From Methylococcales bacterium (GTDB taxonomy: Bacteria; Pseudomonadota; Gammaproteobacteria; Methylococcales; DRLZ01), in contig CBDCZN010000002.1 in NCBI GenBank assembly GCA_965224565.1, positions 2,230,417-2,294,416 of the forward strand: a stretch of 64,000 nucleotides of DNA, read 5' to 3'. This document shows, piece by piece, positions 60,932 through 64,000 of this stretch. Numbering within the stretch: the stretch's first letter is position 1; each line of letters opens with the position of its first letter. The position numbers and the translations under genes are program-made. The notes beneath the pieces are model-generated. The model did not search any database, was not told the DNA's origin, and saw only the letters and a program-made list of their open reading frames with translations.

Positions 60932-61330
60932 GCAGCCTCTTGTTTTTTCTGGATTAATTTAATCTCATGCGAAGCATCAAAAAGCTCTTACTCTATATGT
61001 TTATAAGAGAATTATAACATTTTCAGAAACAAAGCGGTATGCAACAGGAAGAGCATATCAGGGCAATCGGGTTTAAAAGTTCTTGACTTTTCAATGTCTA
61101 ATAAAATCAATAGATTGAAAGTATAGCTTTATTAAAACCCTTGCTCCTTAGAATTCATGAATTTTTAACTAGTTGATTTTAATAGCTATAATTCTAGACC
61201 CGATTGCCCTGAAGAGCATATAATTATGTTATAGAACTTTATTATGTTTATAGTTGACAAAGACTGCAATTAGGGCTAATCTAGATTACGCATTAATAAC
61301 AATCGTAATGAATTAACTAGGGAGATTTGG

Positions 61331-63330
61331 ATGAAATTTAGACAATCTACAAATAACAAAATTAAGAAAAGAATTAACAAAATAGCCTGTCTATTGATGA
61401 TTTTTTTTGGGATAACTTTGGCTGAGGCAAAACAGCATAAATTTGAAATGACGATTAATGAAGTTACGATTAAAGTTGCACCCAAATTAGATTAAAAAGT
61501 ATTCACCTTTAATGGTCAGGTTCCTGCTCCACTACTCATGTGAAGGAAGGTGATGATGTCGAAGTATTTGTAACTAATAATACTTCTACCTGATTACCCA
61601 TAAGCTTCCGCAACTTTACTCGGAATTTTCACTCTAATGGATATGTAACCACGGAGTCAAAGCCATGAGCAAAAATAAAGTGCAGTTCCAGGCAGGTTAT
61701 AGCTTAATACAGCTATTTCAAGACTACGGAACAGAAAGCCAATGCCGCGAAGCTTTATTCAAATTACGCTGGCCGACAGGGTTTAATTGCCCTGAGTGTG
61801 GTGGTTATCAGTATTGCTTTTTAAAAGCAAGAAAGCTCTATCAATGTAATCAATGCCATCATCAAACGTCATTGATAAGCAGAACCATTTTTGAGCAAAC
61901 CAAACTTCCTCTAACGAAGTGGTTTTTAGCCATCTACTTAATCACACAATCAAAACAGGTCTGTCAGCGTTGGCGCTTAAACGTGAAATCGGTGTGTCTT
62001 ACAAGACAGCATGGAGTATGAAACACAAGATCATGCAGGTCATGAAGGAACGAGATGATTGCAAGCGACTCAGTGGAACAATCCAGTTAGATGACGTCTA
62101 TTGGGGTGGCGAACGCCACGGTGGAAAAAGAGGCAGAGGCTCAGCCAATAAGGTCCCGTTTGTTGCCGCTGTTTCACTCGATAAAGAAGGTCACCCGATT
62201 GCAATGAATATGAATGTCGTTAAAGGGTTTCGGCAGACAGAAATATCACGCTGGGCAAAACAGCATCTACAGCCTGATAGCACGGTTATTTCGGATGGAT
62301 TGCCTTGTTTTTCAGCAGTGACTGATGCTGATTGTCATCACATCAGCATTGTAACAGGCGGTGGATACCAAAGTGTCACAAAAAAAGAATTTGCTTGGGT
62401 GAATACCATGATAGGCAATGTTAAAAATGCCATCACTGGCACTTACCATGCAATCAACCCAAAGCATTTGCCACGCTATCTTGCTGAATTCTGCTATCGC
62501 CATAACAGACGGTTCCAGCTAGAAGATATGATCCCTCGTTTTGCCTATGTTGCAGTCAGGACGACTCCTATGCCAGACAGACTTTTAAAATTGGCGGAAG
62601 CTTATGGGTAATCAGGTACTTCTATGCCTCATACCATTCATTGGTATGGCTTTTATATGACTAACAATTGGAAAAATGATGGAGTACCAGGCGTTACACA
62701 AGAAGTCATAGAAGCCAGTGAAAATTATACGTATTGATGGAAAGCCGAGAAAACGGGGGAGTCTTTCGTATCACTGTCATTCCAATGTTAATTAACATGT
62801 GGGAGTCCGAGGTATGTGGGGACCTATTATTGTTGATCCCATTGAACCTACTGAGTTGGAAAAAACAGTGACTAAAGACGTTATCGTCATGTTTAGCACG
62901 TGGTCATCAAGCCACGCTGATAAATTTGGAGAGGGAGGAACGCCGTCAGATTTAGTGGATTACTTTTCTATCAATGGCCACTCTTTTCCTACAACCCAGC
63001 CTGTACGCATTAAAAAAGGAGATGTAGTGCGTTATCGCCTGTATGGAGCGGGGGAAGGTCTGCATTCTTTTCATCCTCATGGACATGACCTGTTAATTAC
63101 ACATAAGGACGGTTTGCCATTGGCACAACCTTATAAAATCGATACTTTACTGATTGCATCATGGGAACGTTATGACGCTATCGTGACAATGAACAATCCT
63201 GGACGCTGGATTGCACACGATTAATTTGATACGCATGTGATCAATGCGGGTAAATATCCTGGTGGAGCTCTTCTTATTACTGAATATGAGGATATTCCAA
63301 TGGATGATTGGTACGACTGGAAAAGTAAAG
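61331..63330 (+). pseudogene. Two-domain laccase-like multicopper oxidase gene destroyed by nonsense and frameshift mutations and an IS1595 insertion
   Basis: Signal peptide MKFRQSTNNK..LAEA; FTFNGQVPAPLL then -1 frame HVKEGDDVEVFVTNNTS; IS at 61589; after the IS, MPHTIHWYG...YHCH...(taa)...GMWGPIIVDP...HSFHPHGH. Confidence 0.7.
61589..62616 (+). mobile_element. IS1595 family insertion sequence copy 2 (identical to copy 1, including the A4 frameshift), 8-bp TSD tacttcta
   Basis: Same IRs; direct repeats 61581-61588 and 62617-62624. Confidence 0.85.
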
Positions 63331-64000
63331 TTTATAACGATGATTTTTACTTTAGTGAATCAATTAAAAAAGGATATGGCATGCACGAATAATCAGATTT
63401 TAAAGGTGCTCCAATCGAATGACGTCGTAGACGAAGGAGTGAGTAACATGGTTATTAACATTGATAAAAAATTAGAAATTATCTTGGACTGACATATTTC
63501 ATTGTTATTAGTAGTAATACCCCAGCTATAGCGAATAGTGCGGGAAAGGATATTTTTGATAGCCAATGCCAGTCTTGTCATCAGCTACCAGTACTTTAAA
63601 ACTATGGGAAAGAAAGGGCTCTAATCTTTCATCAGCAAGGCAGAAATGCCGATTCATAAAAATCACGATCATACCATTAAGCTGACAAAGACTGGAATTG
63701 CCTCAGCTTCTAATACGGTATGTGACGACAGCAACATGGTGGAAGATCTGTTGGAACGCAATGTTGTTATTCAATATGATTATTATGATACCGATGGTGT
63801 CTTTATGTGCTCATTTGATATCAAAGATGGAAGGTCAAACCGAATATACCCTGAATTATAATATTACTTTAGTGGAATTGATTATATTGAAAAAAGCGGC
63901 TTAACTAAGGTGTCACAAAAAGCTTGACCAGGTCAAGGACTAGCAACTGACCGAAATAAAATATTATCTAATTATAAGGACAAACTATGACCAATCCAAT

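Noticed and set aside
1-64000. tRNA/rRNA genes
   Set aside because: I could not identify any cloverleaf-compatible segment or rRNA-like conserved block by eye. Absence is not proven; tRNAscan or Infernal would settle it.

Overview
The window is a mosaic and heavily decayed accessory region; protein families point to a Gram-negative, probably gammaproteobacterial, host, and GC content is moderate to low. A few housekeeping or ordinary genes are present. These are an AsmA-like giant envelope protein, yigZ, a porin, radA, lhgO, an orphan tupA, a cyclic-nucleotide-gated K+ channel and a polysaccharide-biosynthesis trio (DegT aminotransferase, SDR epimerase, PglC-like sugar transferase). They sit among a large mobilome. 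Eight IS copies from six families are present (IS30, IS1, IS4, ISAs1, IS1595 x2, IS110 x2), and almost all have readable inverted repeats and target-site duplications. Four REP-associated tyrosine transposase (RAYT) genes are flanked by REP hairpins. A ~167-bp MITE with 30-bp terminal inverted repeats is present in at least five full copies. The most notable structure is a three-gene module on the minus strand: a Fic protein, a conserved 360-aa hypothetical protein, and a 1763-aa coiled-coil AAA+ ATPase (9.8-17 kb). This module has been duplicated in tandem. REP/RAYT units sit at every breakpoint, and the second copy (18.2-24.3 kb) has been degraded by an IS30 insertion and truncations. Elsewhere, an IS4 element with an 11-bp TSD cleanly bisects a ~1187-aa uncharacterised gene that lies downstream of a PIN-domain pair. 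There is a yjfI-pspA-like (yjfJ) / nfeD(yqiJ)-flotillin(yqiK) / NnrS membrane-stress cluster. An arsR-arsI/cadI-arsC remnant is interrupted and flanked by MITEs. A secreted galactose-oxidase-like protein carries an internal tandem duplication. Two multicopper-oxidase paralogues have each been hit independently by the same IS1595 element. A segment carrying lhgO, a DUF1415 gene and radA is bracketed by inverted IS110 copies. No CRISPR array, rRNA or tRNA was recognised.
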